DNA of 63,953 nt, filler included, from Conidiobolus incongruus B7586 (taxonomy: Eukaryota), in the NCBI GenBank assembly GCA_000697335.1. It is 22 parts of 22 records of this genome, joined end to end, with 100 filler letters (N's around TTAATTAATTAA, not from the genome) between each part and the next. Parts side by side here need not be neighbours in the genome. Positions count along the whole stretch, not along the records: positions 27,181 to 29,932 come from JNEM01005246.1; positions 30,033 to 31,314 come from JNEM01005248.1; positions 31,415 to 35,601 come from JNEM01005252.1; positions 35,702 to 36,900 come from JNEM01005254.1; positions 37,001 to 38,506 come from JNEM01005255.1; positions 38,607 to 39,704 come from JNEM01005257.1; 16 more parts are not named here. One strand, 5' to 3'. The notes under the pieces are model-generated. The model worked only from the letters and a program-made list of their open reading frames with translations, made no database searches and was not told the DNA's origin. Below are positions 27,181 to 39,704 of the stretch, in pieces (position 1 is the first letter of the stretch; each line of letters begins with the position of its first letter). The translations under genes and the position numbers were made by a program.

Positions 27181-28320
27181 ATTAAAATTAAATAAATAAT
27201 TTAATAAAAAATATTAAATTAATTGCCTTTTTTATTATTAATAATTTTTTTATATCTTTGGTAAATTATTAATATTTAAAAAATAGTTCTCTTTATTTAA
27301 GACTAAAATTTAATATTTTATAAACTAATTTAATTTATTTGCAATAATTTTTTTTATTGCAAACTGTTTTTTAATTGTTTAAAATAATTATAATTATATG
27401 GATTATAGTCAGGTAAATATATTATTTATGATAACTTCTTTAATTATTTATATAAAAAACTTTTTATAGTTTTAGCTTTTTATATTTTTCAATTATTATG
27501 CAAAATAATAAATATTTTTAATTTATATTAAAAACACCATTTAGAAATTGTTTTATTTAAAAAGTAATATATAATTTACTATTAATTGATTTTCCTTAAG
27601 ATTTTAAATAAGAAGACTATATATTATTATAATCCATTATAATAATTAATATTTATTTATATTTAAAATACTTATTCATTAGAGTTTATAAAGGGGATTA
27701 ATTTAGCTTAACCCAACATTTTGTTTTATTTTTAGATAAAGGATTATATAAAAAAAAATCTAAAATTCATCAATTATTAATATTTATTATAAAGTCTTTG
27801 TTTTTAATTATATCATTATAAGTTTAATTTAGTTATAACTATTCTAGTTTTTTTTAAGCTTTATTAAATTATAAAATATCCATTTTATATTTTAATTAAT
27901 TAATCTAATTTTAAACTTAATTTAATATAACATATTTATATAATTAAAATTAAATTATTTTGAAAATTTTTTTAAAAAAACAAAAAGATATTTCTTAATA
28001 TATTTTTTTTCTTTATTATAAGGAGAATAATAATAATAAAGAATAATTATTTAAATTTTGGTAAATTTTGAATAATATCCTCTCTATCTTTAAAATTATA
28101 AATCAAGTAATATATGGTAGTTTTAGATATAACACTATTTTTATAGGTTATTTATAAGTTTTAGATTATTTTAAAAGGTTTATGATTAAGTTTTAAAAAT
28201 ATAAAAATAAAATCTTTTGATAACTATAATTTAAATAATATATGATTAAAATTAAGTTTAAATTTTAAAATCGAAACATTTTAATAAAAGAAATTAAAAT
28301 TCAATATATATATATATATA
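27181..28320 (-). mobile_element. Degenerate mariner copy (subfamily a), interrupted by Tc1; 5' remainder at 29880-29932
   Basis: Reverse complement is colinear with 61290-62460, e.g. 'acccaacatt' vs 'gatgttgggt' and 'aaaacaccatttagaaattg' vs 'atttctaaatggtgttct'. Confidence 0.9.
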
Positions 28321-29877
28321 TTAACCTATAAAAATAAGTTATAAAATTAAAAATATATATATTTTAATTAATATCTAAAACAATTATATATATTAAATTA
28401 TTTAAAACTATAATATATAATTATAATATATTATTTGATGATAAATAAGTATATTTAGATATATACAGTAAATTTTTAGCAAAAATATTAACTTTTAATA
28501 TTTAATTAGGATGAGTTATAAATTTATAGGTTTTTGAGATAAAGGGATATATTTAATAATATATAACCATATCTTTTTTTGCTATTATTTTATATAATAT
28601 TTTACAAATATATTAAATTTTTTTATTAATATTATTATACCTAAATCCCTCTCTAAAAAAATCTACTTTTGTATTAATTAACTTTATAAAAAAAATAATT
28701 CAACTCATGATATTATTAGAATTACTAGTGTTAACTAGTTTACTATAGCTAAAACTATTAAGAATAACAATAAAAACATATTTATACTTAAACCTAAGTA
28801 TATTATGATTATAGATAAATATGATAAGAAGTATATCTATAAGTTAGTATAAGCAAGTATAATATTACTATTGAAATATAGCAGGAATTACAAAACTATA
28901 TAGGAATATTAAATAACACTAATACTATTATATATGTTTTATATTAGTATAAATACCACTTACACCTTAAGAAAAAACACCCCCAACTAAAAAAATCCCA
29001 CTATAAAACTAGATAGGAGTTTAAATATCATTATTAATATTGAACTAAAATTAATTAGAGTAAGGTTAATTAATATAATGAAATAAAAATGTATTTTAAT
29101 AAATTTAATCAAAAAGCTAGATATTTTAGAAAAGTTATAGAACTATTTTATTACTATTATGTTAATTCTATCTAAAAATATAATGGTAGGTTAATTATTA
29201 TTTAGGGATATATATTATCTTTAAATGTAAAGTATCTTTATAAAATTAATAAGGGAATTAATATTAAAATAAACTAAAATATTCTAAATAATGAATTGAA
29301 AAAAACCATTGAATAATATAAGTTAAACAAATTTAATATTATTTTCTAATTAGAAAATACCTTTTATTATATTATAACTTCTATTACCAAATAGCTTAAA
29401 AATAATAAAATAACAGTTATAAAGTGGCTTTCTCAATTTTTTAACTTTAACCTAATTAAACATTTTTTAAATCAGTTAAAAAAAGTTATTAAAGCTTTCT
29501 ACTAAATAAAAAATTTAAATCAACTTTAGAAATATGTTTAAGAAGTATAGAACAAGATTAACCCTTCCTAGTATAAAATGTTAGTTGATTTTATACCTTA
29601 CAAACTTAAAGAAGTTAGAAAAGTTAAAGATAAAAACACTAAGTTTTAATTTTTTTTTATCATCAAAAACCCACAAATTTATAATTTATTTTAGGTAAAA
29701 TTTAAAAATTTATATTTTAACTAATTGATAGCTAAATATTATCATTTAATGATATATATTATTAATAAATATAATAAACTTTAGTTATTTAATTTAGGTT
29801 TATTTTATTAAATATTAATCAAGTTATTAGTAAAAATATAAGTGTTTTTGATTTTATGACTTATTTTTGTTGGTTAA
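28321..29877 (+). mobile_element. Full-length degenerate Tc1 (DD34E), 1557 bp, TA-flanked
   Basis: TIRs TTAACCTATAAAAATAAGTTATAAAATT / GATTTTATGACTTATTTTTGTTGGTTAA. Relic ORF ~28637-29649 with 'aatgaaata' (DET) and 'tggctttctcaattttttaactttaacctaattaaacat' (WPPQSPDLNPIEH). Confidence 0.93.
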
Positions 29878-30032
29878 TATATATATAATTTGAAAATATT
29901 TATTTTCCTATATATTTTTATATATATAATCTNNNNNNNNNNNNNNNNNNNNNNNNNNNNNNNNNNNNNNNNNNNNTTAATTAATTAANNNNNNNNNNNN
30001 NNNNNNNNNNNNNNNNNNNNNNNNNNNNNNNN

Positions 30033-31314
30033 TCTTTTTGTTATTATTTTATATAATATTTTATAAATATATTAAATTTTTTTATTAGTATTATTATACT
30101 TAAATCCTACTCTAAAAAAATCTACTTGTGTATTAATTAACTTTATAAAAAAGGTAAATCAACTTATAATATTACTAGATTTACTAGTGTTAACTAGTTT
30201 ATTATAGTTAAAGTTATTAAGAATAACAATAAAGAAACATTTAAACTTAAACTTAAATGTGTTAAGATTATAGATAAATATAATAAAAAGTATATTTATA
30301 TATTAGTTAATATAAACAAATATAGTATTACTATAAAAATATAACAAGAATTATAAAACTATACAGAAATATTAGTTAACACTGATATTATTATATATAT
30401 TTTATATTTGTATAGATACCACTTACATTTTAAGAAAAAACCCATTTAATTAAAGAAATCTTATTATAAAGTTAGGTAAGAGTTTAAATATTACCACTAA
30501 TATTAAACTAAAATTAATTAGAATAAAGTTATTTAGTTTAATGAAACAAAAATATATTTTAGTAAATTTAATAGAAAAGTTAGATATTTTAAGAAAGATG
30601 TAGAATTACTTTGTGACTATTATGTTAATTTTACCTAAAAGTATAATAATAAATTAATTATTATTTAGGGATGTATGTTGTTTTTAAGTGTAAAGTATCT
30701 TTATAAAGTTAATAAAGGAATTAATATTAAGATATACTAAAGTATTTTAAACAATAAATTAAAAAAAACCATTGAATAATATAGGTTAAATAAATCTGAT
30801 ATTATTTTCTAATAAGATAATTCCTTTTGTTATACTATAGCTTTTACTACCAAATAGCTTAAAAATAACAAGATAATAGTTATAAAATAGCTTCTTTAAT
30901 TTTTTAACCTTAATCTAATTAAATATCTTTAAGATTAGTTAAAAAAAGCTATTAATATTTTCCCCTTAGTAAAAAATTTAGATCAACTTTAAAAATATGT
31001 TTAAGAAGTATAGAACAAGATTAACCATTCTTAATATAAGAAATTAATTGATTCTATACCCTACAAACTTAAAGAAATTAGAAAAATTAAAGATAGATAT
31101 ACTAGGTTTTAATTTTTTTTATCACTAGAAACCTACAAATTTATAACTCACTCTAGGTAAAATTTAAAGGTTTATATTTTAACCAATTAATAACTAAATA
31201 TCATTATTTAATAATATATATAGTTAATAAATATAATAGATTTTAATTATTTAATTTAGGTTTATTTTATTAAATATTTATCAAGTTATTAGTAAAAATA
31301 TAAGTGTTTTTGAT
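30033..31314 (+). mobile_element. Degenerate Tc1 copy, both ends cut by gaps
   Basis: Colinear with 28575-29852. 'atttagggatgtatg' (IWGCM), 'tagtttaatgaaaca' (WSDET). Confidence 0.92.
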
Positions 31315-31414
31315 NNNNNNNNNNNNNNNNNNNNNNNNNNNNNNNNNNNNNNNNNNNNTTAATTAATTAANNNNNNNNNNNNNNNNNNNNNNNNNNNNNN
31401 NNNNNNNNNNNNNN

Positions 31415-32305
31415 AATATTTAAAATTAATTAAAAATCTTTTTAAATATAAAACTAGTATATTTGTATATTTCAAATAACTTACTATTAAACTTATTCAT
31501 ATTTTAATTCAATTTAAATCTAAAATACTAATTAATATATTATAATTCTTATAAGATTTGATTTATTAATTTAAATTTTCAAAGTATTATTTTAATATTA
31601 TTTTTAACTATGAGATTTACCTTTACCTTTTATAAAATTAAAATCAAACCTTATTTTAAGGATTTTGATATATCTCTTAATTAATTAAAAGCTTTAAAGC
31701 TAAATTTCATCATTAATTAAGATACAAAAAAATACTATCTTAATATATAATTAAATCTAAACTTATTAGGAATAAACTTTATTTTTATATAAAATAAATA
31801 AGTTATTATATTAAAGAAATTATATAAGATTTTTTAACAAAAATTCAGAATATTTAACCTATTATACTTAATTATAAAAATTTAAAGAGGGTGTCTTTTC
31901 TAAAAAACTTATTAAAAATATTAAAAAATTAATTTTTAAATTCTTATATTTATTTTTTGATAATTCAATTAATTATAAATTATATAATTTAATTTATACT
32001 TTTATTATAAAATTAATTATATAAATATCATTGAATTATTTAATAAACTAAGTTTTTTTTCTTAATTTTTACTATTTTTTTTTCATTATTTCTAAAATTA
32101 AAACTATATTAATATTATCATATATTAACACTATTTGATATAAATCATAATATATTAGTCATTTATCTTAATTTTAGGCTTAATTAAACTTTGTTTATAT
32201 ATTTATACTATATCTTATATTATATTATTTTATTTTATATTATATTACTTTTATATTAAGTTTTCCTCTATATTATATTAATAACCATTTATTATTATAA
32301 TTATA
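31415..32305 (-). mobile_element. Degenerate probable MULE transposase, 5' part
   Basis: Colinear with 38670-39580. Minus strand 'caaatatactagttttatatttaa' back-mutates to QICWFHIQ (MULE CxxH motif). Confidence 0.55.
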
Positions 32306-32579
32306 ATATTTTTTCTATATTTAATTCTAATATAAAAAAATTTTAATATAAAAAATAATTGGAATATATGTTTTATTAAATTTTAACCATTTCAAAAACA
32401 TTGAAAATATAAATAATTTACAATATTATCTAAAAATAATAAATTTAGAATTAAAATATATCAAATTAAATTGAACTTATATTGGATTGACTTTTCATAT
32501 ATTATAATTTATATAGTAGAGAAAAATAGGAATATATATATCTGTAATTAAAGGAATCATTAAAAGTTTTAAAATAGTC

Positions 32580-34317
32580 ATTTATTAATAAAAATCAAGT
32601 GACTTTGGAAAAACTCTTTTTTAATAATCATAAAAAATAATATGATTGCTTTTAAATCCTCTAGCTCCTAATCTAGTGAATTTGGAGAATGATATTATAT
32701 TATTAATAGGTTTAAGTATTGATGACTCCATTGTTAACTCACTCAGATTTAAGCAATTAAGGTTTATTTTTTCAAAATATATTGCGTCAATATTGTCTAA
32801 ATTAAGAATTGACAATTGGTTCCATGGTTGGTTAAATAAAGTATAAAAGACTTTAATAATAATCAAAACCTTGATATTTTTTGCATAATGATAATTGTTC
32901 TCTATATTTGATTGATCAAATAAATAATAGCTAATATCAAATTCAAAACATTTGAATTGTTTTATTATAATATCAAAATAAAGTTGTTGAAATAATAAAT
33001 CTGATTGATCCAACCAACCTGAGTATAAGCTAATATCTAGAGAGCTCAAATATTCTAATCCATCCCATAATTTTAAATATTATCATTTTCAGTTAAATAT
33101 TCAATGTGAATTGGAATATTACACCCTCATATGACTAAAAACAAGAGTAAATAGTTAACAATGAATTGGGCTGGGGAAACAGAAGACGGAACAGTGTTTT
33201 TGTGGAGTGATATAGACAGTTAGAGGTTCTCTGAAGACCTTAGCGATGAGATGAGGAGCATATTCTCTCAGATCTCTTGGACAGCAAAATCTAGGTTAAT
33301 CTCAGAACATGAAGTCTCTAGTGAATTTAGCACTAAAGAACTGGTGGCTTTTATCGAAAATGTAAACAGCTTCAACAAAAAGACAAGGTTGGGCATGAGA
33401 GAGATAACTCCTGATCTCGTCACCGCTGCTTATACCTTCAAACAGAATCCTTGTCCTAGTCACATTGTACGTCTGCTCAATGGTAAAGGCTCTCTGAAGA
33501 TAGAAGACTGGTACGGATGGGCTATAGCCTTTGCTCATGATAACCTGGGAGATCTAGTTGTCTTTGTTGGTCATTCAAATCTGATAAGAAATTTCTGTTC
33601 CCGTGAAGGCATAAGCACAAATCCTATGGGTGTTGTTGGAATTAAAATAGGATCGATGATGCAAATACCTGTTCGTACTAGCAACAAGGATCTGGAGAGT
33701 GGTGGATTTGTGTTTGTTGTGTAATGATAACTTTTAAAATAAAATATTACACTCTATTTTGAGATGAAAATCAGTCACACTTTTAAATTTTGAAATGAGT
33801 TCAATTAACCATTGCAAGTATCCAGAGCAAAAAATATTCAGATTTTTAACTTGATTGGCAAGGTAGGTGAGAGTTATTTTATGCTTATCATATACATTTT
33901 TAAGTAACTTAAGTTTCTCTATTTTCATTAATTGGTCATCTAATTCACCATTGAAATTGTCTCTTGGATCTAATGATTTCAATTTAGGAAATAATTGATC
34001 AAGTCAAATTCCATTCAAAGCAGTATAAAGCTAACGTGTCAAAACAATATACTTTATATTTTTACAGTATTTAATTAAATTCGTCAAATCGTCAGAATAA
34101 GGTCCAAAATCCCTGCAATAATCTGATATCTCAACCTTTAGCTTTTTTTTCAATAATTTCAGCACAGTTGGATTTCTTCCAAAGCATTTTGGGTATTAAT
34201 TGGTATGTTTGAGGTAATAAAGCATCAAACTAGTGTTATTTCAACTAAGAGTGATGGAGTTGTATATTCTGCAATTGTTTGGATGAGTGTTGAAGGTAAA
34301 TCTCTCCAGCCATTCAT
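32580..34317 (-). pseudogene. F-box/LRR-like gene relic split by a 600-bp insertion
   Basis: ATG 34317 gives MNGWRDLPSTLIQTIAEYTTPSLLVEITLV* (F-box pattern). LRR-like blocks LTNLIKYCKNIKYI, LFPKLKSLD, LEYLSSLDISL and INLNCLNLSELTM. Several stops and frameshifts. Confidence 0.7.
33122..33721 (+). other. 600-bp foreign insertion carrying an unknown ORF (33161-33724, one in-frame TAG); possibly virus-derived
   Basis: About 40% GC against about 20-25% in the flanks (estimated from sampled lines). Bounded by TA|CAC...GTG|TA. ORF MNWAGETEDGTVFLWSDIDS*RFSEDLSDEMRSIF...GGFVFVV is antisense to the host pseudogene. Confidence 0.65.
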
Positions 34318-35837
34318 TTTGATTTCTGTTTAACCTTGTAATTGTTTATTTTTTACGTTTGCAGGTATAAATATTAATTTACAAAATTCTCATTTAATAT
34401 CTGATTTAATCAAAGGTAACATTAGTTTTTAAAATAGATATTTTAGATTTCTCCTAATTCTGCACTATTTGCTTATGTTTTAAAATATTAATTAATCAAT
34501 TAATAATCACCTGATATGATAATTGACATTGATACTATTATTCTATATATATATTTAAACAAAAATATAATAATATTGATGTATTTTAAATTAAATTATA
34601 TAGCAATCAAATAAAGATATCAAATAATTTTCAACTTCTATATATACTATAAAACTATATATTTTTTTTGTTATAAATATTTCAATTTTTATAAACTATA
34701 ATAATTACAAAAGCTGTTTATATTATAATAAAATGGTTATTTTAGTTAATAACTATTATTAATAAATAATATGTATTTAATTTATATAAACTATGCTAAT
34801 ATCAAATTCATAACTTAATTAAATGCTAGTAATAATTATCATTGAAATATAAAAACTTATCAAAACAACTGAAACTCATATATAAAATTAATATGATATT
34901 TTTTAGTAATTCTATTTTAAAACTATATATATCTTTTTTTTATATTAAATATCATAATATTTTTGTATATAATATTTTTTTAATAATATTTATTAATATT
35001 TTGCATTAATAACTTATACTCTAATATAGATATTATTAAGTTTTATATATGAAAAATAAAACCAATATATATATATAATTAATATATAAAATTAGTTTTA
35101 TTATATATTGATTTATGTATTTTATCATATTAATTTTTATTTTTTATAAAGTCATAATAATTAGCATTTATCCAATAATAATTATATTTGAGAATATTTC
35201 GATTCTAGAAATTCATTAATTAAATATTTTAAATTTAATATCAATAATATATTCTATTAATTATTTGAATAATATAGTTTTTATTATTAATTATTATTGA
35301 TTAAAAATTTGAAAGCATTAAATACTCAATAAAAAATTTAAAAATCAATAATTATATTTATAATTTTATTTTATTTTATATCCAAAATATAAGATAATAT
35401 ATAATTTATTTTATCATTATTATGAAATATTATTCTTTTGAAAATATTCAAGATTATATTTATTTAGTATTAATAGTTATTATTTAAAATATCATCAATA
35501 TATATATATATGGTATTTTCTAATACTATAAACGATATTTATTTAATAATATCAATTTATCAATATTATATATAAGTTTTTATTTAACAATATAAAATAA
35601 TNNNNNNNNNNNNNNNNNNNNNNNNNNNNNNNNNNNNNNNNNNNNTTAATTAATTAANNNNNNNNNNNNNNNNNNNNNNNNNNNNNNNNNNNNNNNNNNN
35701 NATCAACAAATATATATATATATATATATATATTATAAGAATTTAATAAAAAACTGAAAATGTTATTTTTATTTATAATAAATAATTAAAAAAAAATTAA
35801 AACTAACTAATTATAAAATATATAGGTATATTATAAA

Positions 35838-36900
35838 CTAACCCATAAAAATAAGTTATAAAATCACAAATATATAGATATTAGCTTGCGAAAAAGTCAA
35901 AAAATTATGATCATATATATTTTTGTTAATAACTCTGTTAATTCTTAATTAAATTAATTTATATAAAAATATATAATAGGTTTATATTTTTTTATTCATT
36001 ATTTAATATATCTGATAAAATTATTTCAATTTTTAGTTGATATATTAAAATTTGAATTTTACTTAAGTTATAAATTTATATATTTTGGTTATAGAAAGAA
36101 AATTAAAGCTTAGTATATCTATTTTTTGTTTTTTTAACTTTCTTAAGTTTATAGGGTATAAAGTAAACTATCTTCTTATATTAAGAAAAATTAATCTTAT
36201 ATTAAGTTTCTTATATATTTTTAAGACTTATGTAAATTTTTTGTTTATAGGAAAATTTCAATAATTTTTTTAATTATTCCCAATGATGTTTAATTAGATT
36301 AAAGTTACAAGATTAAAAAAACTAATTTATCACTATTATTTGATTATTCTTAAATTTTTTAATAATATAATTAATAATATAATAAAAGGTATTATTTTAT
36401 TAAAAAATAATATTTAATTTATTTAACCTATATTATTCATTAGTATTTGAAATTTATTATATGAAATATTATAATATATCTTAATATTAATTCCCTTATC
36501 AATTTTTATAAAGATATCTTATATTAAAAGATAACATATATCTTTATATTATAATTAACCAATTATTATATTTTTGGGTTAAAATAACAAAATATTTATA
36601 AAGTATTTTTTTGTTTTTTTTTAAATATCTAGGTTTTTTATTAAAAATATTAAAAATATTTTTATTTCAATAAATTAAATAATTTTGTTTGAATTAGCTT
36701 TAATGTAATTTTATTAGTGACATTTAAACTATCATTTAATTTAATAATAAAATTTCTTTAATTAAAGGTATTTTTTCTGAAGATATAACTAATATTTAAT
36801 ATATTATAAAATATATACAATAATTTCAATAGTAATTAATATTCTTATATAATCTTATTGCTCTTTTTATACTTTTATAATAATATTACTTTTATATATA
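35838..36900 (-). mobile_element. Degenerate Tc1 copy (right end plus most of transposase)
   Basis: Begins 'ctaacccataaaaataagttataaaatc' (TIR). Reverse complement is colinear with 7770-8783. Confidence 0.88.
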
Positions 36901-37000
36901 NNNNNNNNNNNNNNNNNNNNNNNNNNNNNNNNNNNNNNNNNNNNTTAATTAATTAANNNNNNNNNNNNNNNNNNNNNNNNNNNNNNNNNNNNNNNNNNNN

Positions 37001-38358
37001 CAGGTTTTTAAGATAAAGGGATATATTTAACACTATAAAACCATATTTTTTTTTCTCTCTTTGCTATTATTTTATATAATATTATATAAATATATTAAAA
37101 TTTTTAATTAATATTATTATACTTAAATCTCTCTCTAAAAAAATTTATTTATTTATCAATCAACTTTATAAAAAAGATAAATTAATAAATAATATTATTA
37201 GTATTACTAATGTTAACTAGTTTATTATAGTTAAAACTCTTAAGAATAATAATATAAACATATTTAATTTTAAACTTGAATATGTTAAGATTATAGATTA
37301 ATATAATAAAAAATATATTTATAGGTTAGTTAATACAATCAAGTGTAATACTATTATAGAAATATAACAAATATTACAAAACTATATAAAAATATTAGTT
37401 AGCATTAATACTATTATATATACTTTATTTTAGCATGGATACCATTTATATCTTAAGAAAAAACACCCTTAACTAAAAAAATCCTATTATAAAGCTAGGT
37501 AGGAGTTTAAATATTGCTATTAATATTAAACTAAAATTAATTAAAATAAAGTTATTTAGTTTAATAAAATAAAAATATAACTTAATAAATCTAATAGAAA
37601 AGCTAAATGTTTTAGAAAAGATGCAAAATTACTTTATGACTATCATGTTAATTTTACCCAAAAGTACAATAATAAGTTAATTATTATTTAAGGATATATG
37701 TTTTTTTTAAGTGTAAAGTATCTTTGTATAATTAATAGGGTAATTAATGCTAAGATATACCAAAGTATTTTAAGTAATAAATTAAAAAAACCATTGAATA
37801 ATATAAATTAAACAAATATAATAATATTTTCCAGCAGGATAATACCTTTTACTATTCTATAACCTTTATTATTAAATAGTTTAAAAATAACAAGATCATA
37901 ATTATATAGTGGCTTTTTTAATCTTTTAAGCTTAATATAATTAAATATATTTAGCATTAGTTAAAATAAGTTATTACAGTTTTCCCCTTAATAAAAAATT
38001 TAAATTAGCTTTAGGAATATGTTTAAAAAGCATAGAATATAATTAACCCTTTTTATATTAAAAGTTAGTTGATTCTATACCTTAAAAACTTAAAGAAGTT
38101 AAAAAAGTTAATATTGATACATTAGGTTTTGGTTTTTTTTATCACCAAAAACCTATAAATTTATAACTTATCTTAAATAAAATTTAAAAGTTTATATTTT
38201 AACCAATTAATAACTAAATATCATCATTTAATTATATATATTATTAATTAATATAATAGATTTTAATTGTTTAATATAAGTTTACTTTATCAAATATTAA
38301 TTAAGTTATTAGAAAAAATATAAATATTTTTGATTTTATGACTTATTTTATAAGTTAG
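37001..38358 (+). mobile_element. Degenerate Tc1 copy, left end cut by gap
   Basis: 'ttccagcaggataat' (FQQDN intact, 37829). Right TIR 'gattttatgacttattttataagttag' followed by TA. Confidence 0.92.
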
Positions 38359-38606
38359 TATATTAATAATAAAAAAGTATATAATTTTCAATATTCAAAA
38401 TTTTTTAAAATCAATATATAAAATATTTAAATTCTAATATATATAAGTTATTATAAGTTAATATAATATAACTATTAAAATATAATAGAGATCGTTTAAT
38501 TAAATANNNNNNNNNNNNNNNNNNNNNNNNNNNNNNNNNNNNNNNNNNNNTTAATTAATTAANNNNNNNNNNNNNNNNNNNNNNNNNNNNNNNNNNNNNN
38601 NNNNNN

Positions 38607-39704
38607 ATTAAATATATTAACTCTTTTATTATATTTAACTTAAAAAAAATTAAAAGATTATAAAACAATTATATTTAAAGTTATTTAAAAATTCTCTTAA
38701 ATATAAAACTAATATATTTATATATTTAAAATAATTTACCTTTAAACTTACTCTACTTAAATTTAATATAAATCAAAAATACTTACTATTATATTATAAT
38801 CCCTATAAAATTTAATTTTTTGATTTAAAATTTTTGAAAATATTATCTTAGAATTATCTTTAGCTTTAAAGTTTAACTTTACCTTTGATATATCTAAAAT
38901 CAAGCTTTATTTTAAAGATTTTAATTTATTTCATAATTAATTAAAATTTTTAAATCTAAATTTAACTATTAATTAAAATAGAGAAAAAAAATATTATATT
39001 AATTATATGATTAAATCTAAATCTATTAGGAATAAATTTATTTTTATAAAAAATAAATAGGTTATCTTATTAAAAAAGCTATATAAGAATCTTTAAAGAA
39101 TATTAAGAATATTTTTACTTATTATACCAATTTATAAAAATCTAAAGAATATATCTCTTTTAAAAAACCTATTAGGGGAGTATTAAAAGATTAATTTTTG
39201 AAATTTATATATAAATTTTTTATAATTCAATTAACTATAAATTATATAATTAATTTATACTTTTATAATTAAATTAATTATATAAATAATATTAAATTAT
39301 TTAATAAATTAAGTTCCCCTTTTTTTTTGATTTTTATTATTTCTTATTTTTTTCATTATTTTTAAGATTAAAACTAAATTTTATTAATATTATAGTATAT
39401 TGGCACTATCTAATATAGATCTTAATATATCAGTGATTTATCCTAGTTTGAAGCTTAATTAAACTTTATTTATATATTCATTTTATATCCTATTTTATAT
39501 TACCATATTTTATATTATACTACCCTTATATCAAGTCTTCCTTTATATTATATTGGTAACTTTTTACTATTGCACTTATATATAAATAATAGAATTTTAT
39601 AATATAATATAATAAAACTATATTTTTATATAATAATTGAAAAAATTACTTATTATTTTTAATATAAATATTAATAAAAGTTTTATTTTTTATATATCTA
39701 TAAT
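38607..39704 (-). mobile_element. Degenerate probable MULE transposase, 5' part
   Basis: Paralogous to 31415-32305. Minus strand 'taaatatattagttttatatttaagagaatttt' back-mutates to QICWFHIQENF and continues into the sequence at 8955. Confidence 0.55.
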
